Shown: in pieces, positions 55,919 to 64,000 of the stretch
How positions within the stretch are numbered: position 1 is the first letter of the stretch
How the letters are laid out: each line of letters opens with the position of its first letter
From: a virus
Lineage: Duplodnaviria; Caudoviricetes
Reading direction: 5' to 3' (one strand)
IMG/VR virus record: IMGVR_UViG_3300029915_001170
Coordinates: 1 to 64,000 of that record
DNA: 64,000 bases
Notes under the pieces: generated by a model
Told to the model about the DNA's origin: nothing
The model's input: only the letters and a program-made list of their open reading frames with translations
The model's database searches: none
Position numbers and translations under genes: made by a program

Positions 55919-55968
55919 CCTTCACAGACGATCTGCACAACCAAACCAATATAAAGGAGAAAACCAAA

Positions 55969-56220
55969 ATGCCACAGCCTAGCGAAACAATGAAGCTAAT
56001 GCGAGGACTCAATAACACTGAAAAGCGCGCTGTCAAAGCATACAGAATACTGACACATGCTTTTTATACAAGCAGAGGAGAAGCTTTGTTTCTTACGATG
56101 CGTTATGAGCTTTTTAAAAATTTGAAAGCTACCAGCAGAGCTTATACAGTAGCCTCTAAGATTGAGAGCCTAAACTGGCAGCGTTGGTGCGATGAAGCAA
56201 GAGCAGCAGGACTTCGGTAG
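55969..56220 (+). CDS. Small basic hypothetical protein
   Basis: AAGGAG RBS. Confidence 0.6.
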   Translation: MPQPSETMKLMRGLNNTEKRAVKAYRILTHAFYTSRGEALFLTMRYELFKNLKATSRAYTVASKIESLNWQRWCDEARAAGLR

Positions 56221-56300
56221 TAACAGCACCAACAGCCACAATCATCCAACACACCCATAAACATTCCAAATGCGGCGTTGCCGCGGGGAAGGTAGCAGAC

Positions 56301-56873
56301 GTGTACGTATACTACGAACAACACCGTGATGCAGCTGGCGCTACTGTACTTCTTGAGCTTCGTCTCTCGTCGTACAGCGACGGCAGACTCGCAATTGCAT
56401 TTAGCACCAACCTTGAGAAGGTTCTTTTTGACCTTTGCAAAACCACACTCAAAGAGCCACCAATTGGTCTTCGAAGTTACGACGATAGTACAAAGTGTTG
56501 GAGCTATCTAGGAAATTGTGGCGTTGCTGTACTTGATCGCCTGCGACAAATTACCGCCGCAATGGGACACGAAGTACAGTGTGTTGAGGTAGAAGACCTT
56601 ACTTCTCAAGCAGCAAACAACCGCATTGACCTTTCTGGCAAACGCGCACGTGCGCCAAGACCAGAGGATTTTTTCTACCAGCAAAGCGCTCCAGCAAAAA
56701 CTCCAGCTTTGACCAAGGAAACTGTTGCTGCGAAGCTTTCTGATCTTATGGGACCGGTGCTAGACAAGCGCGCTTACCGTCAAGCGGCGCTGCGATACCA
56801 TCCAGACCGTAACAACGGCGACGGTAGCAAAATGTCCGAGCTTAACATGCTCTGGAGTGTGTACAATGGCTAA
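56301..56873 (+). CDS. Protein with a C-terminal DnaJ J-domain
   Basis: KRAYRQAALRYHPDRNNGDGSKMSELN. Confidence 0.8.
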   Translation: MYVYYEQHRDAAGATVLLELRLSSYSDGRLAIAFSTNLEKVLFDLCKTTLKEPPIGLRSYDDSTKCWSYLGNCGVAVLDRLRQITAAMGHEVQCVEVEDLTSQAANNRIDLSGKRARAPRPEDFFYQQSAPAKTPALTKETVAAKLSDLMGPVLDKRAYRQAALRYHPDRNNGDGSKMSELNMLWSVYNG

Positions 56874-57048
56874 AGAACCTCCTTTTTCAATCTTGAAAGC
56901 TGTTTGCACTTTAAGAAAAGAATCTGACCTCTCTTTTGAAGTAGCTCTTGACAAAGCTATAAAATTTTTTCAAGCGAGAGACTGGAGAATACCAGAATCA
57001 ATTTTAACCATGTACGATAGGAGAAAACCAAAATGCCCTTCCAAATAG
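56866..57048 (+). CDS. Small hypothetical protein
   Basis: GGAG RBS; overlapping start. Confidence 0.5.
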   Translation: MAKEPPFSILKAVCTLRKESDLSFEVALDKAIKFFQARDWRIPESILTMYDRRKPKCPSK

Positions 57049-57824
57049 GTAGCTACAAACCACCCTCTTCGGTGGACGCAAAAGCCGCCGCTATCGCTGC
57101 CGCAAAAGCAGCTAGTGGCGCCAAGCCGGATGCGCTTGTACGCTATATCTCGCCAGATAAGTGTACAGATCGCATCCGTGTTGTATTTGATGATAGCGGT
57201 AGCATGGATAGCCAAATCGGCAACGCCAAAGAAGGTGTTGTAGAGTTTCTACGAAACTGCATCCCCAACCAGACTGCTGTTGCTGTGCATTTTATGAATA
57301 CTCACAACCAGCTTCAGAGTCTCCGCAGCGATTTGCCGCAGCTTGGACTAGATATCAAAGAAGCTGACCTCTCCAGCGGTGGCACACCGTTCTTTAACAC
57401 ACTCAAAAATGCGTTAAATGCCACTCCCACACTTACTCGACTTGTAGCTTTCACCGACGGTTCTCCTACAGACCACCTGCAAGCAGAAGATGATGAAAAA
57501 GCTTCGATAGAAGACTACTACAGTGGCCAAATCGATGCTTGGAAATCCTCAGCGGATGTAATCATCAAGATCGCACACGCTGTAGCGCCAGCCAGCGGCT
57601 GTATCCCCATCGACACGGTGTACTTTGGACGTGGTTCTGATTATAAGCATCATCAGATGGACCTGCTTCGCTATCTCAGCGAGCAAACCGGCGGATACTT
57701 CCTACACTTTGATCCGGCGAAGGTAAACTTTCGTACAGCGTTCAAGTACCTTGCGCCAATCAACCGGCTGATGCTTTCTAGCGGCAGTTTCCGTGCAGCG
57801 GTAGAAAGTGGGGAGAAAGCATGA
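57033..57824 (+). CDS. von Willebrand factor A domain protein
   Basis: MIDAS VVFDDSGSM, GGTP, AFTDGSP, IDTVYFG, LSEQTGG. Confidence 0.9.
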   Translation: MPFQIGSYKPPSSVDAKAAAIAAAKAASGAKPDALVRYISPDKCTDRIRVVFDDSGSMDSQIGNAKEGVVEFLRNCIPNQTAVAVHFMNTHNQLQSLRSDLPQLGLDIKEADLSSGGTPFFNTLKNALNATPTLTRLVAFTDGSPTDHLQAEDDEKASIEDYYSGQIDAWKSSADVIIKIAHAVAPASGCIPIDTVYFGRGSDYKHHQMDLLRYLSEQTGGYFLHFDPAKVNFRTAFKYLAPINRLMLSSGSFRAAVESGEKA

Positions 57825-58102
57825 GCAAGAAACGCGGCCCAAAGCCCGGTCAACCACGGCTAAATTCTGTAAAGACTCTCGCTCAAATCGCAGCTGAGCT
57901 TCAAATTTCCGAGCACACGGTAGCTACAGACTACAAAAACGCAATCAAGAAGCTCAAGCAAATCCCTGGAGCTTTTGAAGTACTTTCTTTTGTAATTTGC
58001 AGACTTGTAGAAGATGACAAAGATGTTTTCCAAGCAAACTCCGTAGAATGTAACTGTGCTGTCCGTGAGCTGTTCTCCGATGGAGGTTCGAAAGATGACT
58101 GA
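57821..58102 (+). CDS. Sigma-region-4-like HTH protein
   Basis: KTLAQIAAELQISEHTV...AIKKLK. Confidence 0.7.
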   Translation: MSKKRGPKPGQPRLNSVKTLAQIAAELQISEHTVATDYKNAIKKLKQIPGAFEVLSFVICRLVEDDKDVFQANSVECNCAVRELFSDGGSKDD

Positions 58103-58217
58103 GTTTATAGTTTTCTTTTTAATTCTTCTTGGAACATTTGGTCTGATTAAACTCTACGAGCTTGCTCTGCGTTTATGGAAAGAGCTTGTAGAACACTTCT
58201 GGGAAGGGGAGGAATAG
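58095..58217 (+). CDS. Small single-TM protein, not in the ORF track
   Basis: GGAGG RBS; MTEFIVFFLILLGTFGLIKL. Confidence 0.6.
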   Translation: MTEFIVFFLILLGTFGLIKLYELALRLWKELVEHFWEGEE

Positions 58218-58218
58218 T

Positions 58219-58365
58219 ATGAAAAGACTTCTAATAACCATTTTCTTGGCTTTTCTTGTCGGTTTTGCAATACTTTGGACAGATGATTTTCATGAAGCTT
58301 TAGTCGGCTTTGTAACAGGAGCCGGTGCTTATGTTATTTTCATGCTAGGAAGGTATTCTCGATGA
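58219..58365 (+). CDS. Small two-TM protein coupled to FtsK, not in the ORF track
   Basis: GGAGG RBS; MKRLLITIFLAFLVGFAILW...; ATGA overlap with the FtsK gene. Confidence 0.6.
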   Translation: MKRLLITIFLAFLVGFAILWTDDFHEALVGFVTGAGAYVIFMLGRYSR

Positions 58366-59570
58366 GGCTTCCTTCTGAAACCGCCCGCGCACAAGCCGCT
58401 CTTCTAGCATCCTACTCACCGCTAGTACAGAAACAAGTTTCTGTCCTAACACGTAAGATGCTAGTACTCGGCTTCGGCGCGGTTTTTACACGTCTGGTAG
58501 AAGGCCCAGTTGTACGTACCTTTTACTTCCAACCTGTCGGCGAGCCGAAGTTTTCTTCCGTGCTAAACAAAGAAGAAGAAATTGCAGGCTCTCTCGCCGT
58601 GGAAAGCGTTTCCGTTGACCGCGCTCTCGGCGAAATCTCAATTGCGGTGCCACGTGAGGATAGGCAAACTATACATTTCGATGCCTGTCTCCATAAAATG
58701 ATGACTTCTACCGAAACCGCTGGAATGGCTTTGCCACTGTTGCTCGGCCAATCCACTACAGGAGAACATCTATATGCGGATCTGGCGACTCAACCTCACC
58801 TACTCATTGCGGGCGCAACGAATTCAGGTAAATCTGTCTTCACGGCCCAGCTTATATGTTCGCTTGCTTTATTTCGCAGCCCAGAAGAGCTGGAGTTTAT
58901 ACTCGTGGACACAAAAAACCTTGATCTCGTACTATTCAGGGGACTATCTCATGTTAAATATGTCCTCAACAACATCAGCGACCTCAGAGCAAGCCTCGTC
59001 CAGTTACTTGAAGAAGTTAGACTGAGAAACATGCAAATGAGTGGGCTGGTGAGGAACATTCGGGAGTGGAATCAAATGAATGAGGGCTATTACAATCCTG
59101 ACAGACCAGAGCTTATTGATTCTCACAGAATGAAGTACAAAATCCTCATCGTAGATGAACTCGCGGATGTTTTTATGCAAGATGAAGCAGAGCTTATGCA
59201 GATGGAAAAGAAGCTTCGTTCACCGAGTATAGAATTTCTGCTTCAACAAATCAGCCAAATCTCTCGTGCTGCCGGAGTACATCTTATTCTGGCCACACAA
59301 CGACCCTCGGTAGATGTTCTCCCCGGCACAATCAAAAACAACTTTCCAGCTCGCGTGTGTTTCAAAGTCCCGGCACGTGTAGACAGTCGTGTTGTGCTGG
59401 ATGCTGACGGCGCACAGAATCTTCTCGGTATGGGAGATTACCTGTACAAGATAGCTGGCAACGACGTTGTACGGCGAGCGCATAGTGCGTTCGTTAGCAT
59501 CACAGACATTGCAACTCTCATTGAGCAAAACGAACAAATAAGGAGGCAATATGCCGCAATCCCGCGATGA
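58362..59570 (+). CDS. FtsK/SpoIIIE motor domain, lacking the membrane and gamma domains
   Basis: EGPVV, PHLLIAGATNSGKS, LVDTK, IVDELAD, RAAGVHLILATQRPSVDV, GAQNLLGMGD. Confidence 0.92.
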   Translation: MRLPSETARAQAALLASYSPLVQKQVSVLTRKMLVLGFGAVFTRLVEGPVVRTFYFQPVGEPKFSSVLNKEEEIAGSLAVESVSVDRALGEISIAVPREDRQTIHFDACLHKMMTSTETAGMALPLLLGQSTTGEHLYADLATQPHLLIAGATNSGKSVFTAQLICSLALFRSPEELEFILVDTKNLDLVLFRGLSHVKYVLNNISDLRASLVQLLEEVRLRNMQMSGLVRNIREWNQMNEGYYNPDRPELIDSHRMKYKILIVDELADVFMQDEAELMQMEKKLRSPSIEFLLQQISQISRAAGVHLILATQRPSVDVLPGTIKNNFPARVCFKVPARVDSRVVLDADGAQNLLGMGDYLYKIAGNDVVRRAHSAFVSITDIATLIEQNEQIRRQYAAIPR

Positions 59571-59748
59571 AGCAGAACGTCTAATGGAACGTCAGCATCT
59601 TGGAACTGGTGATTATGAGCCAGCGTTCCAAGCCCACGAGCAAGACGAACCCTTCGATGAAGATGTGTATGAAGATGATGACTGGAAGGATGATATTCCA
59701 GAGGACTGGTCTGACACAGAAGACAGGCCGATTGAGACTGAAAGTTGA
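59551..59748 (+). CDS. Small, very acidic protein
   Basis: AAGGAGG RBS; D/E-rich. Confidence 0.6.
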   Translation: MPQSRDEAERLMERQHLGTGDYEPAFQAHEQDEPFDEDVYEDDDWKDDIPEDWSDTEDRPIETES

Positions 59749-59863
59749 TGCTACGGCTTGCGCCGGGGTCGCCCTTGGAGGCGGGGCGGTCCTGGCGGGT
59801 CGGAGGGATGCCAACCCTTTGTTTTCAACGTCTTGCGGCATTTCATGGCCGTATGCACCCCTC

Positions 59864-59893
59864 TTGACAGGCGGAACTTTGCGGCTGTATACT
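59864..59893 (+). promoter_or_regulatory. Sigma70-type promoter
   Basis: TTGACA-18-TATACT. Confidence 0.7.
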
Positions 59894-59938
59894 AGGGGAG
59901 TCGCCTTGGGAAAGGCAACCCTACCGCATCGAGGTACT

Positions 59939-60166
59939 ATGAGCCAGTCCGAAAGTACCACAGCAACCACAATGCGAATCCTCAAGTCACAAGCAGAAGC
60001 TCTAAAGAAAGAAGGAGCTTCTGCTTCTGCTTTGATACGAGTACTATTGCATTTGTACTTTGAAGGCAGGATTCCAGAAGCAAGGCTTCTTTTGCCGGCG
60101 GAAAAGCACCGAGCAGAGGAAGCGCTACGAAAATCCCAATTTGGGCAGTCCACGCGAGAAGCGTAA
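59939..60166 (+). CDS. Ribbon-helix-helix-like regulator
   Basis: GAGGT RBS; TTMRI...AEALKK...SASALIRVLL. Confidence 0.55.
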   Translation: MSQSESTTATTMRILKSQAEALKKEGASASALIRVLLHLYFEGRIPEARLLLPAEKHRAEEALRKSQFGQSTREA

Positions 60167-60174
60167 GGAGCAAC

Positions 60175-60927
60175 ATGCCAGAAGAAGAACAAGAGTTATT
60201 TCCAGCCGATGAGTCAGAAGATTCTGCACTTGAGGAACCCGTGCAAGAAGTATTCTTTGCACCAACAGACGAGCCGGAGGAAATCTCCGCGGAGGAAGCA
60301 ATAGCTACGGATATTCCATTAGAAGCTACTCCGGTAGAAGAAGCGCATCTAACATCCACAGTGTGTGATGTGTGTTTGGAGTTGAATCTCACAACCAAGA
60401 CCTGCATTTGCTGTGCACGGTGCGGCCAAGCATTCTGCTTGCACTTTGCTTCTTCGGTGGATGCGCAGTATTGCGTCAACTGCCTTAGCGACATTTCAAT
60501 GTCCAAGAGTACAATCACAAAGACCTACGAACACAAGAACGACGAAACCGGCACAACGACTTTCTACCGTCGTAAAGCGCGTGAGATCAAGATCGATGGT
60601 CTGGATTGGCTTTTCAGTCAGCGTAAGATTGTAGAACTTTCAGACATGGAGCTTGATCTTTCGATAGAATACCATCGGAACATCCTTAGCTTGATGATCG
60701 CTGAGCAGGAACGCAAACGTACAGAGTATATGCACCGATATGCTGGAGTGAAGATACATATTCCAACGCCAGCAACAACAACTGTGCATGATTCTACAAC
60801 CACGACCGTGAAGAAAACTCGCACGGTTAGTAAAAACAAGCAGCAAGAGCAGCTTGCGGCGATGTTAAAGCAGATGCAAGCTAAGGGCTTGGGGTTGAAT
60901 GATATTATGAAGCTAATCAAGAAATAA
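60175..60927 (+). CDS. Zinc-finger protein with an acidic N-terminus
   Basis: CDVC...CARCGQAFCLH...YCVNC. Confidence 0.7.
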   Translation: MPEEEQELFPADESEDSALEEPVQEVFFAPTDEPEEISAEEAIATDIPLEATPVEEAHLTSTVCDVCLELNLTTKTCICCARCGQAFCLHFASSVDAQYCVNCLSDISMSKSTITKTYEHKNDETGTTTFYRRKAREIKIDGLDWLFSQRKIVELSDMELDLSIEYHRNILSLMIAEQERKRTEYMHRYAGVKIHIPTPATTTVHDSTTTTVKKTRTVSKNKQQEQLAAMLKQMQAKGLGLNDIMKLIKK

Positions 60928-60937
60928 GGAGAAGCCG

Positions 60938-61213
60938 ATGAAAGCATTTGCACTAAGAGATAAGGTAACCGGATTGTATCTTCCTCATGGAAAGAGAGGA
61001 AAAGTGAACTCTTATAGAGACTTCACAGCAAAAAACGATCCAAGGTTATTCTCTCGCAGAAGTGCCGCCTCAAATACTTTGAATGCCTGGAAAGCCGGTA
61101 AATGGGGATGGCGAGGCTGTGGAGAGGATGTTGATCTTGAGCCACGTTCAGTTCCAGGACGCAGATCTCAAGAAATTGAGATTGTCGAATTTGAATTGAT
61201 AGAGAAAGGGTGA
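60938..61213 (+). CDS. Hypothetical protein
   Basis: AAGGAG RBS. Confidence 0.65.
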   Translation: MKAFALRDKVTGLYLPHGKRGKVNSYRDFTAKNDPRLFSRRSAASNTLNAWKAGKWGWRGCGEDVDLEPRSVPGRRSQEIEIVEFELIEKG

Positions 61214-61220
61214 AACCAGA

Positions 61221-61541
61221 ATGCCAAGAGGAGTGTACCTAAGACCAGCAAAAAAGGTAGAGCAGGCTTCGCATGTTAAGCCGCTGCCTTTTGTGGAAAG
61301 TGTGCTTGCAGAGCGTAGAAAGAAATACGGAAAGTTCTCAGACCACGCACAAATAGCGCAGAGTCTAAAGGCTGATATGCACGTTTGTTTTAACTGGCAT
61401 AATCTTAGCCCAGACATGAGAGAAGCTCTGGACATGATACAGCATAAGATAGCACGTATTCTTAATGGCGACCCAACCTACAAAGACTCCTGGGTTGACA
61501 TCGAAGGCTACGCGCATCTTATCTCAGAAAGGTTGTCCTAA
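61221..61541 (+). CDS. DUF6378-like (nucleotide-modification-associated) protein
   Basis: ER...YG.F...MIQHKIARILNGD....DSWVDIEGYA. Confidence 0.75.
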   Translation: MPRGVYLRPAKKVEQASHVKPLPFVESVLAERRKKYGKFSDHAQIAQSLKADMHVCFNWHNLSPDMREALDMIQHKIARILNGDPTYKDSWVDIEGYAHLISERLS

Positions 61542-61542
61542 C

Positions 61543-62598
61543 ATGAAACCGAGCGTCGAGCTTTTAGAGTTTCTAACTCGGAATCCACTACCGTGGATGT
61601 ACTGGGATGAGCAAAAGCAAAAGCTTATTGTGGTAGTAGACAATCACCTTTTGCAAACTTATAGAAATTGTTCTCAGCATTTCGTGTACGGGAATGTATT
61701 TGGTTTGCAGAAGAAAGGCATACGTGTTGAGGGCGAACGTCAACGTAGCTGGTACTTAGACTTTGGTATCCTTCTACACAAGATGTTTGAAATCTACTAC
61801 CAAGACTTTCGCAAACCTGGCTTTGATCTATGGCCGTGGGCGACTGATAGAGCGGTTGCTGAGTGGCACGAAGCAAAAATGGACGAGCACTGTGAGCACA
61901 AGGAGTACAAGCTCATCGGCGGTATGCATGGGTTTGTTGGACTGCTTGCGCAGTATGGTACAGTGATGACGCCACAGAATGAGAAGCTTCGCATTCTTGG
62001 CGCTGAGGTATCTTTTGGGCGCAATGGTGAAGTTCCACTTTACATCGGCGAGGAGATTGAGATTTATCTCGCTGGACGGATGGACTTGATTGTGGATGAT
62101 GGCTACTTCATTTGTCCCATGGATCATAAAACCATGGGCACTTTCCGCGGCGATCCTGGGTTACAATTTGAAACCGAGGAAGGCCCAGTCGGATACATCT
62201 TCGCACTCTCGAAGATTCTCCCAACACTTGTACCAGAGGAGCAGCTTCTAAAACGTGATTGCTCGAAGATTCTGATGAACCTCATTCAGAAGAAACCCAC
62301 AACCAATCCAGAAGAACGTTTTAAGCGTGTACCAATCAGAAAGTCTGCTGAGCAGCTTGAGGCATACAGAAACAGAATGATAAACACTGTACATCATCTT
62401 GTGGATGATATGGAGCTTGTAGCTGCACAGATGCCAGTCCCACGTAACACAACTGCATGTGTAAACTGGCATTACGGTGTATGTGACTACCGTGATGTAT
62501 GTCGGCAAGGCTCCACCGATGGTGAGCTTGCCACACTCAAAAATGGTTTTGTACAGCTACCAATCTGGAACACAGAAGAAGTAGCACCTAACACATAG
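61543..62598 (+). CDS. PD-(D/E)XK exonuclease, Cas4/AddB-like with probable Fe-S cysteines
   Basis: YRNC, FG..LH, E...GRMDL...DHKT, C......CDYRDVC. Confidence 0.85.
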   Translation: MKPSVELLEFLTRNPLPWMYWDEQKQKLIVVVDNHLLQTYRNCSQHFVYGNVFGLQKKGIRVEGERQRSWYLDFGILLHKMFEIYYQDFRKPGFDLWPWATDRAVAEWHEAKMDEHCEHKEYKLIGGMHGFVGLLAQYGTVMTPQNEKLRILGAEVSFGRNGEVPLYIGEEIEIYLAGRMDLIVDDGYFICPMDHKTMGTFRGDPGLQFETEEGPVGYIFALSKILPTLVPEEQLLKRDCSKILMNLIQKKPTTNPEERFKRVPIRKSAEQLEAYRNRMINTVHHLVDDMELVAAQMPVPRNTTACVNWHYGVCDYRDVCRQGSTDGELATLKNGFVQLPIWNTEEVAPNT

Positions 62599-62618
62599 GA
62601 GCAGGAGAAAGAATTAAA

Positions 62619-62963
62619 ATGTCAACCACAAAAACTTACGCAGACCTTGGGCCAGACAGTGGCACAGGAGTACCAATCGGTAAATGCTCTGGGCTTCTAC
62701 CAAACCATATGCAATGCTGGAGAGCCGGAGATGTGCTTGTGTCAGCAGTTACACAAACTACGGTGCCAGCGCACACAGTAAATGAAACAGAGATTCCAGA
62801 AGCAGTGGATGAGTCTGTTACTTCTTATCAACTCTGTCGGCGTCACGCTACAATCGAGCAAGACAGAGATGCAAAACTTGCTGCGGCGGAAGCGACGTTA
62901 GCAGCAGCAGAAGTCGAAGTAGCAACGGACACACCAGTGGATGCGCCAGTAGTTGTAACATAA
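62619..62963 (+). CDS. Hypothetical Cys/His protein
   Basis: C......H.QC...LCRRH. Confidence 0.6.
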   Translation: MSTTKTYADLGPDSGTGVPIGKCSGLLPNHMQCWRAGDVLVSAVTQTTVPAHTVNETEIPEAVDESVTSYQLCRRHATIEQDRDAKLAAAEATLAAAEVEVATDTPVDAPVVVT

Positions 62964-62990
62964 AAGAAGTAACTCTCCAAGGAGCAGGAA

Positions 62991-63800
62991 ATGTCCACTA
63001 CACCAAATCCTTTCGCTAATATGAAAGGAATACGCTCCGAGACGATCGTAGCCTCGGAGCGTCTCAAGATAGCAATCATGGGGCGTCCAAAAAGTGGCAA
63101 ATCCTGGCTTGCATCCACTGCTCCCGGTCCGATCAGATACTATGACTTCGATGATCGTGCCGAGTCGCTGGAAGGCAAGCCGAATTTGCTGGTGCTGTCC
63201 AATCCAACAATGCTAGACGTGGAATCTGATTTATCTGTCATGAAAGCAAACAAGATAAAAAAGGTTCCGCTTCCGGCGACGATAGTTTTTGATTCTGTTA
63301 CCTTTATGGTACGAGCGCTTGAGGATGAGATTCGTCGGCAGTCTCCGGGGCTTTTCAAAGGTATCAAAGTCGGAAACTCAACAACAGTCTACAAAGGAAA
63401 GGATTGGGATGTTGTCGTTAGTATCCAACGCTACGTTGAGTATCTGGTTTCCGAGCTAACCGGCCTTGGTGTTAATCTCATTTTTGTCTTTCACGAGAGA
63501 GATGAAAAAGATGCCGCAGAGTCTACATCAGAAAAGACAGCTTATACTGGACAGGTAACAGTCAATCCGCAGTATCTTGCAAACTGTCTCAGCTTGTTCA
63601 ACGAAGTTTATCGTATCACAGTCAACGCACTGAGGCCAAATCAGATAACCTACACAGTGACATGTAGGCCATCAAACGATGTAATGGCTTCTACAACTAT
63701 GATGCTTGATGCTACCGAAGAACCAGACATTATGGCGATGATTGAAAAACACCGTCAAAGGCGAGCAGCGTTAGCTAAGAACGCGCTTGTAAAAGCTTAA
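62991..63800 (+). CDS. Sak4-like AAA ATPase/recombinase
   Basis: GRPKSGKS, DFD, TIVFDS, FVFHE; lies between the exonuclease and SSB genes. Confidence 0.8.
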   Translation: MSTTPNPFANMKGIRSETIVASERLKIAIMGRPKSGKSWLASTAPGPIRYYDFDDRAESLEGKPNLLVLSNPTMLDVESDLSVMKANKIKKVPLPATIVFDSVTFMVRALEDEIRRQSPGLFKGIKVGNSTTVYKGKDWDVVVSIQRYVEYLVSELTGLGVNLIFVFHERDEKDAAESTSEKTAYTGQVTVNPQYLANCLSLFNEVYRITVNALRPNQITYTVTCRPSNDVMASTTMMLDATEEPDIMAMIEKHRQRRAALAKNALVKA

Positions 63801-63842
63801 CAGCGGCGCTGCCGCACAAACACAAACAAAGGAGCAGTTCAA

Positions 63843-64000
63843 ATGCCATTCCAAATGAACTTCAGCAGAGAAGAGTTTTCCGGTTCAACACCAGCACCTG
63901 ATGGCTGGTACACTTTGCAGATCAAGGGCTTTCGTCCACGCGCTGCAAAGAACGGCGAGTCCGTCTCACTCAATGCCGAGCTTGCGATCATCGGCGGCAC
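63843..64000 (+). CDS. Probable ssDNA-binding protein (DUF669-like), partial
   Basis: AAGGAG RBS; PAPDGWYTLQI...KNG; synteny with Sak4. Confidence 0.6.
   Translation, partial: MPFQMNFSREEFSGSTPAPDGWYTLQIKGFRPRAAKNGESVSLNAELAIIGG

Larger units (their letters stand above)
23620..64000. mobile_element. Podovirus-like phage genome, incomplete on the right
   Basis: TerS-TerL-portal-scaffold-capsid-tail-ejection order, no tape-measure-like gene, divergent early/recombination genes; no integrase seen. Confidence 0.85.

Noticed and set aside
61543-62598. CRISPR-Cas system suggested by the Cas4-like nuclease
   Set aside because: No repeat-spacer array or other cas genes; context is exonuclease-Sak4-SSB recombination

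Overview
The window joins two phage-like segments. (A) About 1-23620 is an AT-rich, gene-dense, mostly minus-strand block resembling a large or jumbo phage accessory region. It carries two RNA ligases and a polynucleotide kinase/phosphatase, an HNH nuclease, ClpS/ClpX, PRTase, PP2C, WGR and a RelA/SpoT-type HD hydrolase. It also has stand-alone C-terminal domains resembling IleRS and TyrRS (S4), a secreted nuclease, three tRNAs, many sigma70-type promoters, and a secreted Gly-rich/beta-helix/Fn3-associated module at the left end. (B) About 23620-64000 is a podovirus-like genome. Leftward genes run terminase, portal, scaffold, capsid, tail, ejection proteins, PurD-like ATP-grasp enzyme, tailspike-like protein. 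Rightward early genes include J-domain, vWA, FtsK, RHH, Cas4-like nuclease, Sak4-like ATPase and SSB. The top observation is a complete ribosome-mediated Trp attenuator: a sigma70 promoter, a 25-aa leader with tandem TGG TGG, an antiterminator segment and a terminator. It sits directly upstream of a phage tRNA with a CCA anticodon and an atypical long variable arm, followed by two tRNA-Ser genes. All calls come from reading the sequence by eye, with no database searches. Whether the A/B junction is biological or an assembly/concatenation artefact cannot be decided here.
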